DNA of 51,366 nucleotides, the filler included, from Catajapyx aquilonaris (Eukaryota): the NCBI GenBank assembly GCA_000934665.2. It is 2 parts of 2 records of this genome, joined end to end, with 100 filler letters (N's around TTAATTAATTAA, not from the genome) between each part and the next. Parts side by side here need not be neighbours in the genome. Positions count along the whole stretch, not along the records: positions 25,831 to 51,366 come from JYFJ02005348.1; 1 more part is not named here. One strand, written 5' to 3'. Positions 36,204 through 49,772 of this stretch are shown here, piece after piece (position 1 is the first letter of the stretch; each line of letters begins with the position of its first letter). The notes beneath the pieces were generated by a model. It saw only the letters and a list, made by a program, of their open reading frames with translations. It did no database searches and had not been told where the DNA came from. A program made the position numbers and the translations under genes.

Positions 36204-37985
36204 ATTCCCATGACACTTGTGAAGTTAATGATGCTGATTATAGCGAAAGTTAATGATGTTTGCCTGACATATTTTGCCTGCTGGGCCTCCCTTCAGAAAG
36301 TGCGCGTCACTCGATGGTCTTCTGATGGGTTTTATTATTATCAATTCAATCGCTAATTGCCCTGCATGCACTGCTCTGTCTAGATGTGGACGGGTCGGAA
36401 ATGACCTCAATTAGAGTGACTTACGAAAATGGTGGTGGTAAAATACTATCTATTGAATGTTCCATTTATTGACATTCCATCGTACAGTTTGGTTGTCTTA
36501 TTCCTTGTACGTAATGGGACTCTCCCTCTTCACGATAGGAAGGCCCATGCCCTCCGAATCCAGCAGGTATCGCTTCATGCACAGGTTGGCGTCTCGTAGT
36601 TTTCTTCAATATGTCTCTTCTGATGCTGCTGTTAAAAGCACAGTGACACTGTCGGAAGTAGGGTCTAAGAAATGCACTTAGGTCCACCCAGTCTGTTGGA
36701 TGTGAATGTTAACATTTTAAAATCAAATTAAACTTTTGGCCTGAACTTTGCATTGTTATATGATACACTGGTATTAAAATAATTTTAATATGCATCAACA
36801 TTACTAGAGAGGAATAAACCACCATAGGCGGAGGTCACGGTCCACTTGGCTGCCTCCTCCATCACGGCTGGAGTATCGAGCCAGCGGCATAGGTTGTCCC
36901 TAACACCTGCAATAGTGCAATAATGCATCACATTACACTCTGTAGATATATCAGTTTATACTGGGAGGCATCGTTCACACTAGTGAGAAGTGTAACATGT
37001 CGGCTACTCATCCCATGCCGTGTCGTCAGTTTGTCTTATGCATCTGCAGATAATGAGCTGCTTAGCATCTAATTCTGCAAAAGTACACAGAAAGTACACA
37101 TTAAGTTAGTCTGTTATTTAGTCTGTTCCATCACGCCTCCAATAACACCGTTTCCTGCAGACCCCCGGACTACTGCTACTGTACACTTAACAGTGTATCC
37201 CAGATGATACTTATGGTAATGGTCTTATAATGTATGATGACTCTTGAGTTATGCCAAGACAATAAATGTTGAATTTAGAAACACCACGTCGCGTCGTATC
37301 AGGACATCAGAAGTTTCCCTTCCATCAACCTCACTCTTCAGATGTGCATTGCAGCTTTTAAGGCAATTACGCCGGTCATTTTCGGAATGTCTGTCTGTCA
37401 GCTTCCCACATGCCCCTCTTTGCCTTATAAAGGTGTGGTCCGAATGGTGATATCGGATACAGTTTTGCGAACTGTACGAGGCCACTCGTCAACATGCGTC
37501 ACGTTACACTGAGTACCGAATCACTAGGTTGGCCCACCCTTTTTGGGATCACAGAAGACCATGAGTCGTAATCTGCCTTACTTGAGCCATACTGTGCATG
37601 TTAACATTGTTTAGATATGGCAAACGGACATGTGCCAACATCTTGCGGTTCTGCTATCTGTGCGCTTTTTTCATGAGATTGCTGATGAGAAATTATTTTC
37701 AAAGTGGCAATGGGTCCATGTTTAAAGGTTAGTTACATTAGTCTGCAGAATCCCTTTGGCATTATCAAACAGAAGTGCCCACCCCTGAGATTACATAGGT
37801 TTTTGTGATCCCCTCCATGACATAATTGGTAATATTCAGAGCGTTTGTTTGGCTACGTAAAAAAAGTGCTGCTGTGTTGTCCATGATGCTTAGTGATCCT
37901 AATTCAGTATTGTCAGGTGCTGCAGAAATAACGCCAAATTATAGGCAGGAAGATGATTGAGATCCAATGATCTATTACTTACCTG

Positions 37986-38330
37986 TCATCTGGCGGCTGC
38001 CGAAGTAGCCGGGGTATCTCTCTTACCTGTGTGCCCAATGTCCTGCACCAGCAACGTGGATGAAATTGTTAAAACAGAATCCCCCAGACGTTGTAGATTC
38101 TTTGGAGCATTAGGTACTGTTGTGGAAAGTGTGTCGTGCGCAGATCCCGGTAACCCCACACAGACTTCTGCGATGGCCATTTTCTCGTCGAAGGTGGCCA
38201 TCAGGAAATTGTGAAACATCTGTTACCCCACGGAAGTTCAGATGCCCCTGAAACACTTTTCAAGTTACTCCCAATTCTTCAATCTTCAGCCACCTTATCA
38301 ATTTTGCCATGAGGTTTGCCAGGGAATGAC
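37986..38330 (-). pseudogene. Harbinger/HARBI1-like transposase relic
   Basis: KLIRWLKIEELGVT*KVFQGHLNFRGV is followed by FHNFLMATFDEKMAIAEVCVGLPGSAHD...LGDS, matching the I.WP..EE...F..FPGV and FHS...CD.....V.VG.PGS.HD...GDS motifs. Confidence 0.7.
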
Positions 38331-39072
38331 AATAATTTTGGATAATGAGGCATAATATAAGCAAAGCTGTTTATGATTAAACTAAAACTAAATTTTATCA
38401 GGAAAGTGGTCCGTATCTAGTTAAAGTAAATTGCTGTAATCGATTGGCAGGGTCTGGTCTAGTCCTGACATTGCTGTTGCTGAAGTGCGGCAATACCACA
38501 TTAATTCAGTGTCAGGTACTTGGTAGTATTATACCGTATATCCAGTTGCGATATTATGCGGGTACCATTTACAACCAGATCTCATCATTATGGACACCTG
38601 GTCCTTTGTGCTGCTACCAAATAAAAGATAATTCATGCTGTATACTGTATAAGCGTATTGTAATGTGAGCCTGATGCTGAATGGTCGCCTCGGACGCTTT
38701 AGTAATCAGTAATATTTTCTGATCATGAGCAGAATATTGAGAACGTTGGATGGTGGATTGAGAATACAGCTCTGACGTTATTCCAGATTGGTCCAACCAA
38801 GTTGTCAGTTGTCCATAACTTATGACATGCCAGATGAGGACGTAGGTGCAACAATGGATACATTTCTATTCTTTACAAGCTTCAGTGGTCAACAGTCGTA
38901 TGACTCGACGTACAACATGCAGTGTGTATCCCAGTCACTGATGCAGACAAGTATAACAATTCAGGTCTGATTCTGATATGAAGGAGAATGGCACGGCCTT
39001 AAAATTTGCTCAGGCCCCTTGTCCAAGGGATGATCGATCATCTGGCTTGTCTTCGTCTGTTATAATAATAAT

Positions 39073-39347
39073 TCGTACCCCGTTATCAGCCAGCGGCTCT
39101 TAGGGGGGATTTATTTTTTTTGACTGGAACTCTTCGTTTCGTTTTTTTACTGCGCTTTTTGGGATAGGATAGGAAAGGAAGGAGGCGGCTGTGGCCTATT
39201 AGTTTAGGAAACAACTCCGGAATTCTCCTGGAGGAACCGTGGGAAACCACAGAATACCACGGTTAGAGTTGCCGACACCGGGATTCGAACCCAGGACCTC
39301 CCGATTAGCTGTCGGATACCATATCCCCTCCGCCACCACTGCTTCGG
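39073..39347 (-). mobile_element. tRNA-derived SINE with 20-bp TSD
   Basis: A box GGTGGCGGAGGGG and B box GGTTCGAATCCC. TSD TCGTCTGTTATAATAATAAT at 39053-39072 and 39348-39367. Confidence 0.9.
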
Positions 39348-41127
39348 TCGTCTGTTATAATAATAATATAAGAGACGATGACAAGCCAGATGATCATCCC
39401 TTGGACAAGATTATGAGGTCTAATATGTGAGCCTTGGTCTCAATATTTACACGAAGCGTGATTGAAACTGGCGAACCCTGCGATGATCTTTCGTATTCCG
39501 TAGGTCGTATGGTGGTGGTGTTGATCCTAATATTAGGTTTACAACCTTTATCATAATTTCCAGCCCACCTGCATGATTGCAGACAAGGAAGTGAGCCTTT
39601 CTCCCATGCACCATAAGAGTCTGCCTCGGTCTGACTGTGATTCACGTCTCAGAAAATTACTAAATGTTGTTCGTAACTGATAGCAATGTGAACATTACTT
39701 TTACCTGTAGGTGGTTTACGTTCAGCTGGCGCAACATTTGGTCGGCTTTCTCACCATTTTCGACAGTACCGGTATGTCAACCCTTTTACTACTAGTTAGT
39801 ACTATTACTGTTATAGCATTGGGAAGAACATTCCGTTGGTTCCAGATGGTATACATGCAGCTAATGGTGTGTATCAATATAATGATGTATCCACTGGAAA
39901 CGGGATGTGTTGGCATTGATGAGGTACAGCACATATTTTTCAGTGTTAATATATTGTGTGGAATGCGTGGTGGGCTGGATGAAACGCAGAAGAGGCTTGA
40001 TGACCCAATTTTCTGAGTTACATGCTGATTGTGTTTCCAGGTCTTCAAATTTCCTGACGTCCGGCCAGTTCCTCCAATCCACTCTGACTGAAGTTCGGGG
40101 GGTGTTGTTTAGCACCTAGTCTAGTCACTTGAAATACGCATCCAACGCCAGAAACTATTGTGATAAGGGTGAGCGAAATCTACATGGATTTTTTGCTATT
40201 GTTGCTCTGGCCATTGGCCATCAATGGATCTGGACGCAACTATTGGAAGGTAGAACAACTTTGGACTGTTACTTCAATGTCCTTTTCGGGCCTGTGCCTG
40301 CTGCGTGTAGGAAAGAACACTAACCACGTTTGTTCCAGATCATGGAAATATAAGTGTTATAAACGCAGGTCAATCGTGTGAAGCGGCTTGACACGTTGTA
40401 GGATACCCTTTCCTTCATACATTCTCCACTGATACCGTATGTGCCAAGCTTCATCTGCTCTCGTTTGCCTCTTTTGCGGTGCTATCGAGGAATGCAATGA
40501 ATGTGTTTTTAAAAGCCTAATATGAAAGGAAGACATTTCTTAGGTAAACACAATCTTCCACTCTCCATCATCTCCGTCTTGACTTCGCATGAGGATCGAC
40601 TCGAATGATCTGGTGTCAACAAGACCCTTCCAGAAGATGATTTGTCTTCCTTTCCGCTTGCAATATTCCTCCATCGACTCATGCACTGTTGATTCTCTCA
40701 TGTTTGTTGTGACTTAACCTTTTGTATACTAGTTAACGTGCAAAATATGTTACATGTTTGATTTGCAGAGAATAAGAGAAAGTGATGTGATGATTGCAGA
40801 ATTCTGACATTTAGTCTGTCGGTGACCTCATGAGCCTTTGCTTTCAGTGACAAAATTAAGTTTCGGTTGAAATAGCTTGTGTTTGCAGGGGATTGCTGCA
40901 CGTACGCAATTTTAATTAACTGCTATTAAATGATATGCCATGATGATAATCCCCATAAGTGGGTTTGGGAGCACAATTTTGTATGAAGAATGTGTTCAAC
41001 ATTTCTGAAACGAAACTTGATTGGTTTTGCACAACTTCCCACCATAAGCTCGCTTTGATCTTTTCCCAATCTGTAGGAGAAGACATGCTGTTCCGATGTC
41101 TGAATGTGGGTAGAGTAGTGTCATTCT

Positions 41128-41182
41128 AGGGGTGCAAGGCCATAATTATTGGCCGGGTCTTCCCCACTCAACTATTATTTAA
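41128..41182 (+). mobile_element. 55-bp extreme 5'-truncated retroposon insertion
   Basis: Flanked by a perfect 14-bp TSD AGTAGTGTCATTCT (41114-41127 and 41183-41196). Homologous to 13963-14018. Confidence 0.85.
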
Positions 41183-42259
41183 AGTAGTGTCATTCTTTAT
41201 CCTGTTGAGGTTAACGGCGGCGCGGCGTACGAATTAGTGTTAATTCTTCCAAATACTTGCATGCTGGAAGAGGCTGTCCATTTCATTTCAGCTGCATTTC
41301 TAATTATATCTATGCTTCTAAGAATCATATTCAGCCGAAATTGTCTGCATTAGAAGGTGCCAGAAAATAATACAAGTTCAGGTGTCATGAATATGCCATT
41401 TAAATAGTCACTTTTATTACTCTTTGTAACACATGGATCACTCTTACGTGGTTAAGTGTGGTTCATTGTGGTTCAGTGAGTAGACTTTTTAACGTGCATG
41501 GGTTTGAGTTGCATTCATATTATGGGAACCATAATTCCCGCCATATGTAAATCTAATCTCACCATTCTTGTATTCAAATATGCGTCAGGTCTGTCCCTTT
41601 CCTGGCACATGTATTTATGGCATAGTGTATTGGACTTCTGTCAAGATATACTGTGATTTGGGTTCCCCGGTTGGTACTGGTTGATGAAGAGCTGTTTCAT
41701 AGGTCAGGCATAGGCATCATAGGTCAGAGTGCGTTATCCAGTCTAGCGGTGTATACTTCCATTATTATAGTCAGCTTTAGTCACGCCTAAGTCGAGGGCT
41801 AATTTTATCTAACCAAATATGAGTTGTGCATTTACTGTCATGAAATGAACAGTCTCATGACTTGTTTGTAGTTCTGGTTCACCTTGTATGCCTTCCTCTT
41901 CCGTTCTTCTCCCCTTCACAGTAGGAGGCACGGCTATCCTGGAAGGCAATTCCTCCTCGTCCGTCCTCGTCATCTGCTGGGGTTGTCGAGGAAACAGTCG
42001 TCGCATTCGCCATCTTTTCACACAACTCCTAAGAGCTAACAGTCCTGCTCAAGCATCATGTCGGTCAGATGGTTTAGTCCGAGCTACTTAGTATCTCGCC
42101 GTGATGCAGCAGCGGCTAGCTTTTTTGACACGTTTTTTGCTACATGTCAAATGTCAAATTGATGCCTTGCATGAGGGTATTCCTCCTTCATGTGACTAAT
42201 AATTTGTACTAATAATAATAGCCAGAAATTTCCAACTTGGATCCCCGGCACACTACTAA

Positions 42260-42400
42260 TAATATTTGAAGATGTCTGTCACTAGTAAAAGTATCAACTG
42301 AAATTCCAGTGTTCAGAATCCTTTGAAACACGATTTCAAATTGAGTGTTTTCTAGCTGATTCGTAATGGACTGCTCAGATGTGTTTGTGGCAGAGATTCT
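42260..42400 (-). pseudogene. Mutator-like transposase relic
   Basis: TNQLENTQFEIVFQRILNTGISVDTFTSDRHLQI matches the S..ME..G....L..L...G..I..LTTDRH.QI motif. Confidence 0.65.
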
Positions 42401-45134
42401 TCCATCCTCAGCTTTCCTCTCAAAGGGGCACTCCATTTGTGAGTGGCATACACAAGAAGTGTAGACAACATTTCTGTGGTTTCGGAGCAAACCTTACCTA
42501 TGGTGTAACAGTTAGTGTGCAGAGTCCGTATGCGTTATCAGATTGTGATGAGGCAAGGTCTCTTCCAGGCAACCATTCTTTGTCGTCATATGCTCTGAGG
42601 TGAGCGTCTTTAACTTCTTGTCGTCCAAGTGTTGAGAGCTTGTGTATTGCGACTTTATTCACTACGTTAACCAGAACGTGATGCTCATGGATGCTTCATT
42701 GCAAGTTTGGCGTGTTCTTGCAGAAACTTCCCAGGGCCGTACTCTCTATCTCGTTCCCTTGTTGTTCGGATAACATTATCAAGTTGGTCCTTTGTTAATC
42801 CACAGTGGAAGAGCGGGCAGCCAAAGAGCGCTTCCAATATGTGCTTTGGGTAGCGCGCACACTTGGCGGGATGGGAGCTGTACGGAACAACTTCGCAAAG
42901 ACAAATCCCATGTTGCCTCTTACCAGATTATGGGTTGTAAATTCGATGAAAAATCCTAGCAGGAGAATTGGGGAAGAACATGTAAAATGGTTGTAAACAA
43001 GTTTGTCGAGACCAACACCATCACTATGCAGGGGATGAAAGAGCTCAGCAAAACCTCCCGAACCCCAAAAGAACGTCTAATTGCCGACTATATTATTACT
43101 TGCAGAAAATGTGTTATTGTCGGCTGCTGTTCATCATCTGGAATTGTTGTCCTTCCATCTTAATCCAGTTGCTTTGACTAGTCAGTGGAGCCCTTTGGCA
43201 TTCCAACTACAATTTATTTTCGTGGATAAAATCTGTCTATTCTTTGTTTTTTCCTTGCACATTCAGATTGGAATAATTGATGCTCGTAATCCTTGTAAAA
43301 TAAAATCAATTTTCCTCACTAGCTTGTGGCCGTCCACTTGATTCAATAATGTCATGATGAAGGGAACTGCAAGCAACATGAAAGTAACTGACCATCAACG
43401 TGTGTTATAAGCTGAACTCGAGTTCTTCGTACATATACGCGCTCTTGTGCTGGTTGAAGTTATTCCGTGGCAATGTTCGCGTAAGGTGCTTCAGGTCAGA
43501 ACCTCACGATCCTGCACCAGTATGCCCTGGTCTCTTCACGCAGCGTCTTGTCTTGATTAACATACCGTATTTGTTTGGTTCCAGTGAGACCATGCGGAAT
43601 CTGTCATTGTACTCGTAATTCTTCACGCTAAATGGAAGTTATATTGCTTACATCAAATATTATCAGTTAATGTTCGTCGCAATTTTTGTACCGATTACGA
43701 TTTCCCCTTAAGTTGACATTTTTTCCCATTCCATGAGAAAAAACGGTGCAGTATTTGTACCTTCTGTAAAGCATCAATATGTCCCGACATTTACTTTGTA
43801 GTTAACGAAAATGTTGGTCTTACAATGTGGTCAGTGGTCTTCTGTCAGAGGTGAGGTGTTTTGTGAAGTGAGTGTGATCTTCGCCTTGTGGTCTTTGGTT
43901 ATCAGGAGGATTAGCAGGAAGCAGGCAACAATTATGATGATGCTAAAGTTTGTGATACCTTGTGCTGGAGCTATCTTCTAATCGCATGTCCAGGCCCACA
44001 GCTATCTAAGGGTCGAATCGCCACATCAATTAATTGCTGTTTCATCCAAGTTGGTTCCAAGGTTTTTGAGCATCAGCAAGGCTTCTGTCCAGGGTCCCCT
44101 TTGACCAACTTGGCTGCGATGCTGGCGGTTCGCTAGTCTGGCTGTCCAAGACGGTGCGTGTACCCAAGGAGCATGCCACACAAGCACAATTAATCTACAT
44201 ACGGTACGTCATTGTACATCTGGATTGAAGGTTTCGTCACACGGCACCAGCAGACTCTTATCCTCCTCAGATCAAGATCTTTAATAATGCCAATATAATC
44301 AATGAGCGATAATTTCAATGATCCAGATGTACATAAATGATGGCAGCAGCAGTAAGCATGTGAAGCAGTTCATATGAGAAAATTCACTGCTATTGAGCTA
44401 GATGGTATTCATAAAGGAAGTAATACATGACTGTCTGCATCAACTAGCCTTGGAGAGGGTGTGTCCGAAGGTTTCTTTTGCTGCCATATGCGACCTTAGG
44501 ACATTATAGTTCAAAATAGTTCTGTACAGTAAATGTATTTTTTCTCTTACCCATAGCAGTATATATTTTTTTTTCTCTAACAATTTTTCGTGGCCGTCCT
44601 TGTGGTACCTGGGGTCATGTTTAGCCCCGTAAAACATGGTTGTTTCCTGTCTATTTACAGGGTCAATTGTTTCTCTTTTTGGTATGCGGAACGGTGCAGT
44701 TGTAATCTTGTTGGCAAGACCTTGGTGCACATGGGCTCAGGTGACTCACGTTGTTCTAACCGTGACTTTGTGGGTTGATTGGTAAAACATTGCTGTTATT
44801 TGTGGCTGAGTAGTTGGACTGACTTAATAAGCCTGTGACTGTGTTGATGCTGACCGACTAGGTTTGGCTAGGGCTACACCCAACTGCACAAGGTTAAGCT
44901 TGATGTTACTATTGATAATAGCAATGTGTGGTGTGTAACAAATTTTCCACTTCCACCAGATCATTAATGTGTCCTCAAGGTGGTAGGTCGTTCTTATATG
45001 AGGTTAATATTCGGCTCGTTGGTACGTGATGATTGTCTCCTTATCGTGGTTTAGTCCTGGCACTGCCTCCAATGGTTGTAAGATATCCATCATGTGAGTC
45101 AAGTAATGAAATCTCGGAAAAATTCGTTTGGTCG

Positions 45135-45235
45135 CCGTGAAGGTTGCCTGGTTGCTCCCTTTGTTGATGTACTTACACACGTACTTTATGTATGTGACCG
45201 AGGTACAACATTCCACGTCGATATGGGAATTCATT
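45135..45235 (-). pseudogene. Helitron RepHel relic
   Basis: NSHIDVECCTSVTYIKYVCKYINKGSNQATF matches the Helitron Rep motif HINVE.C.S..S.KY..KY..KG.D. Confidence 0.8.
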
Positions 45236-45263
45236 TCCTGGCCATGGACGGACACATCCTTTG

Positions 45264-45593
45264 TCACTTCAGTTTGGATTGCACGTGAGGGTAATGAAAA
45301 GATCGTGTCGACCATACTATTACTTCCTGACAAAAAGAATGGGCAGTCATACAACATGTGTACAAGGTAAAAGGTTCCTTTACATTGCAGAGTGTACTAC
45401 AATCTATTTCTTCACTGAATTGAATTTTGTATGAATTGATGTAAAACCACACAGAGCTATTGTGGAGAGTGGCCAATAGTCGAATCAGATGTAATGGCAA
45501 GTTTGCGTTCAAATAGGATTCCAGATATGGTGCATTTTTGATTAATGCATACTTGACATATTTCTTAGATTTATTGAGGTCATTGTATCGCAT
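45264..45593 (-). mobile_element. LINE C-terminal zinc-finger fragment related to 7470-8021 and 9233-9667
   Basis: YLNANLPLHLIRLLATL...CSTLCNVKEPFTLY parallels YLSWKLPLAALRLMCNL...CQLCNLVEPFTLHH. Confidence 0.7.
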
Positions 45594-46499
45594 TGTATCA
45601 TGGTATCAATATAAGTCGTTAACAGTTGTTGTGAGATCGAATATTGGGTGTCGTCCAACAGCCATCGGTTCCCCGACATTTTTGCGATGACAATTCTGTT
45701 TCAAAGAATATAAAGGTTCTTCAACTAGTGTGGAAGAAGTACTTACTTGGGGCATGCACCCCCTCAGCCGCTACTTCCCCCTACCCCTGGGGCCCTGGTC
45801 TCCACCATCCTGAAATTATACAGACAGGATTAAGATACCTACATGTTGGATTATGGTCATCTTGATTGCTTGATGAGCGTGAATGATAGTTTTCAATAAC
45901 CATTTTCCAGGGTTAAAATACACTGGGTAACACAATGAAGCCTTATTAGTAGAAAATTTCTCAAACAATGGTGGCATAATGTGGAAAACCTAATTTAACA
46001 GGTGTTCGTAAAATATCACGACACATCTACACAACTGTAGGATCAGCATTATTCATTACAACTGAGCTCTTGCCTACTTCCGGAATGACCTACAGACCTA
46101 CGCAAAAGCACGACGCAAATGAAAACGGTGGTTTTGACTTCAATCTAACTTTGGTATCAATGGGAGAGCTCCCCACCAGCACCAAGGCTAATAAGACCAG
46201 TGAAGTGCTTCACTGACGTGTGTAAAGTTGCCCCTGATAACCCAAGTAAAATTACTCTTGCCAGCTTCATGCTAAGTTATAATTATATACTTTGAAAAGC
46301 CGCATCATACCCATATAATGTAGATAACAATTCTTCAGGGTACATCATAATTATATGAACCTGGCAGCCTTTGCATCTAATCAGGCGAGGGGGGCGCTAA
46401 CAACTTTGCAGGTGTTTAGTCAGCCCACAAAATGCTGCCTGATGTAGTCCCACCAACAGACAGTAGCAGGGGGGCACTATGACCTATAGGTTTGTTTAT

Positions 46500-47091
46500 G
46501 GGTAGCTCCTCTCATGATTGCGCAGGTCAAACAACAGTAGCAATCATTTGCTTCCCGTGGAATCATGATATCATCCACCCTGCAATCACAACTTTTTCCC
46601 TTTTTTGTGCGAAGTTACCCCCAGGCTGTGTAAAGTATCCTCTGCTGATGGTACTTTGTCTCAACTATCCCTGATTACAGTTATTAGCAGACAACTTACG
46701 ATGAATGGGGCGGGAGCCACCACCCGGGGGCGGCGACGTGGCCTTCGTGCTGGCCCTGGTGCTGGCCCCTGTGCGGTCGGACGTGGTGGTGGTGACGGTG
46801 GGGGTGATGGTGAACTCTCCTAAAAAGACATTTGTAATGTCATTAGGATAAAACAAAGGCATCGAAAATTGTGTCACCTTAATTTTGTCAGTTTCTGCAA
46901 ATACATGGCACAACCAGTGGGAACCTTTCGCTCTAATTTTAATACAAAACCTCAAAAGATGAACTAGACAAGCATGCAGTCACTGCTTGTGTATACATAC
47001 AACTTCTCCTGTCGCCCTCTGTCTCTGCATCACCAAGTAAGTTACCACCAAAAAAAATATTACACTCAGCAGCAACTATAAACTACAGTAC
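46500..47091. repeat. Duplicate of 50746-51271, containing a minus-strand proline-rich exon-like segment
   Basis: Collinear match from GGGTAGCTCCTCTCATGATTG to TATTACACTCAGCAGCAACTA. Confidence 0.9.
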
Positions 47092-48449
47092 TAATGCCTT
47101 TAGGCTTGCAAAATAAACGGTCAGTATCATAGAAGACACAGCCCCATATAATATTCATCTCCATTTTGCTCCCACTGAATGACTCAAACTAGGGCAGACT
47201 GGCAATGACTTCACAAAATTTCAAATCCAGTCATCTGCATCACAAGAGCGTTAGTCATCAAACTTAACCTGGGTAATATTGCGCAAGGAAGATTTCAACG
47301 AATCTAAATCTGAGAGCAAATGGGCACATTTCATACCACCTTGTTCACACATGGCTCTTGGCCAAAGCTGTTTTATACATGGCAAAAGTGCCATTTTAGC
47401 ACCACCCTGCACGTCAACGAGATACTCACGTGAATTAATCTTGGCCTCTTCCTTCGCCCCCCATCATCCTCCCGCAGTGGAGAGGAGATTCCAGAGGAAG
47501 ACTGAAAGCACATTGATAAATGTCATTATGATGAATTAATTCTCTGAAAAGCATGTCGCATTAGTTTCCTCAGTGTCACAACGATTATTCTTCTCCCTTC
47601 TTTGACCATTTCAGAATTGGGCACAATGATTTATTATCAGTAGAACAACATGGGCATATATGCCAAATGACCCCAATTAGGTAGTTTTTTGTTACATACT
47701 GGATAAAGGTTCAGGCCACAGCAGGTCTATCTCATATGGAATATGTTCAATGCCATCACTTCCATGAGTAAGAATTATCCCTGGGTTATTAAAACAAAAC
47801 CTTTCACGCCTGAATATTCAAGTTAGCTACAGTAGGGGAACCAGGAAAACACTGCAGGATTAGGGTGGGTTTTTCCAAATTCCCAGCCCCCATCCTCACA
47901 ACCCCAGTCTCGTAAAATGTGGAAATATGGGAACTGGCAAGTTACTTAATGGTATTATAAGATGATTGCCAGCGTACGTCTCGAATAGCAAGTGGTCTCT
48001 TATCCTCCCTGTGAAAATTATTAAAACGACATGGAAATCAGTTTGAACGTCCGGCCGTCTCGCAGATCTTATTCAGTGGGGCCATAGTGGACTGTTTCCT
48101 TTTGTTGTGAGTCCTCCGTCTCTGGGTCATTCTGGCGCTCCTTCTGAGTGCCACTTCAGACGCGCTTCCGTGACCGTTACAATATGTACAGGAAGATACC
48201 AGGACTAGCTGTTCTATGCGCACTAGGCAGTATGAGAGAGGCACTCTGTAATTACAATTTAGTCTGCTGAGTTAATGTTAGTCGTCGTAAATGATTTTTC
48301 GAAGTTCCATGATTGGCTTAATTTGACAATTTCTCAATATTGTGCGCTCAACTAGCAATTTATTCCTGCTAGTTTTGGGGGCATGTGATGCCTGCGTGGA
48401 AGTCGGAATAAGTGACAGTTGTTTGCAGGTTTTTTGGTGCAGGTCTTCG

Positions 48450-48840
48450 TGCGTCTTCGTGTCTTTGAGATTGCCTGCCCACATGTTAACAGAAAACCTT
48501 TCCTGGCAGCACCGAATAACCTTAGTATGGGTTTTTTTTCCGTCCCGCATATTGCACATATCCTATCTCTCGTAAATGTGGCTTCGTCTGTGTACAGGAC
48601 CTGGTCCGGAAAGTCGGGGTGCTGTGTGCAGTACCACTGGCAGAATTTCACGCGGGCCAAAATGTCTGCTGGCCTCAGACGTTGTACCTTTTGTGGCCCG
48701 TAGGGATAAAGCTGTTCTTCGTGTAATACCTTCCTGACAGTACTGTAGTGGCAGTGAAGATTAGCTGCGACCCGCCGTGTGTTGGATGATGGTTCCCTTG
48801 AAACTCTAGCCAGAATGTCCTCCTCAAAGTGCGGACATAA
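48450..48840 (-). pseudogene. Tc1/mariner-superfamily (DUF4817-associated type) transposase relic
   Basis: EEDILARVSREPSSNTRRVA...STVRKVLHEEQLYPY..QKVQRL...RVKFCQW...VLYTDEATFTRD, then frameshifted QERFSVNMWAG. Confidence 0.85.
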
Positions 48841-49676
48841 TTCCCACGACCCTTCTCCTACCAATTTCCCTAACAATTAATGCCGTTAAACTTTAGATTG
48901 GTACCAAGTGACCACTTGTTGGTGGACGTCGGATGAATCCTTGAGAAATGCCGGGACGTCTCCACTTGAATGACTTGAAAATGACTTACCTTCTCACATA
49001 TCTTTTTTCAATTGTAGCAGGAGGATATTAAGCATTGTTTTTAACTTCACCTGATGCATTAGTGTCTTTGCTACCAAATTTATATGATCGAACTGACTAA
49101 ATGGAAGTGATATTGTGTAAATGAAAAGGCAACTACTACTCTCTCCCAAGTGCGTCTTACAATATTCGACATGTTTTCTTGATTTGGTCGAAACCAGCAG
49201 TATGGCCCACGGGCGCCCTCTGTTATTTATCGTCTTGGTGTATGTCGCAAAAATTACTTTTGCCAGTTACGGCGCAAGTTTTTTTTTTTTTTCAGCACAA
49301 ATAAACAATCGCCTGAATCTCATTTCAAAAGGTATCGAAATGGCTTTGGTCTTGGTCAAGGACTATGGATGAAGACTGATTTTGAATATGACTGTCAACA
49401 TCTTGATTATTATTATTATTATTATTCGTTGAATAGATTGTGACCTGCACATCATGTGGTCATGTTCGTTTTATATCTGGTTTATGCGCCGTTTCATCAG
49501 CTGGGGTGTCATACATTAAGTGTTGCGTGATAGGAGACGCGGGAGTTGTCTTACCTCACACGGAGGTCGCCATATCCCAGCCCATCGTCTTCTCTCATAT
49601 TTAAGACGTATTCCTCCGAAGCAGCAACTGCAAGATTTCATGCTGTTTACGCAATCAGGCAGTCACCTGCCCACGG

Positions 49677-49772
49677 CATCCCGATAATTATCGTACTTGG
49701 CTTGCCGAAGGTTTGTCAGCTGGACGCAGCTGGCAAAACTTTGGCAAGCCAAGTACGATAATTATTGGGATG
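49677..49772. repeat. 96-bp palindrome/hairpin (46-bp arms, GACG loop)
   Basis: CATCCCGATAATTATCGTACTTGGCTTGCCGAAGGTTTGTCAGCTG pairs with CAGCTGGCAAAACTTTGGCAAGCCAAGTACGATAATTATTGGGATG, with 4 non-Watson-Crick positions. Confidence 0.9.

Noticed and set aside
39780..40450. Polinton DNA polymerase B relic (PDGIHAANGVYQY..MCWH; LLEGRT)
   Set aside because: Resemblance is faint and spread over broken frames; it needs a BLASTX search.
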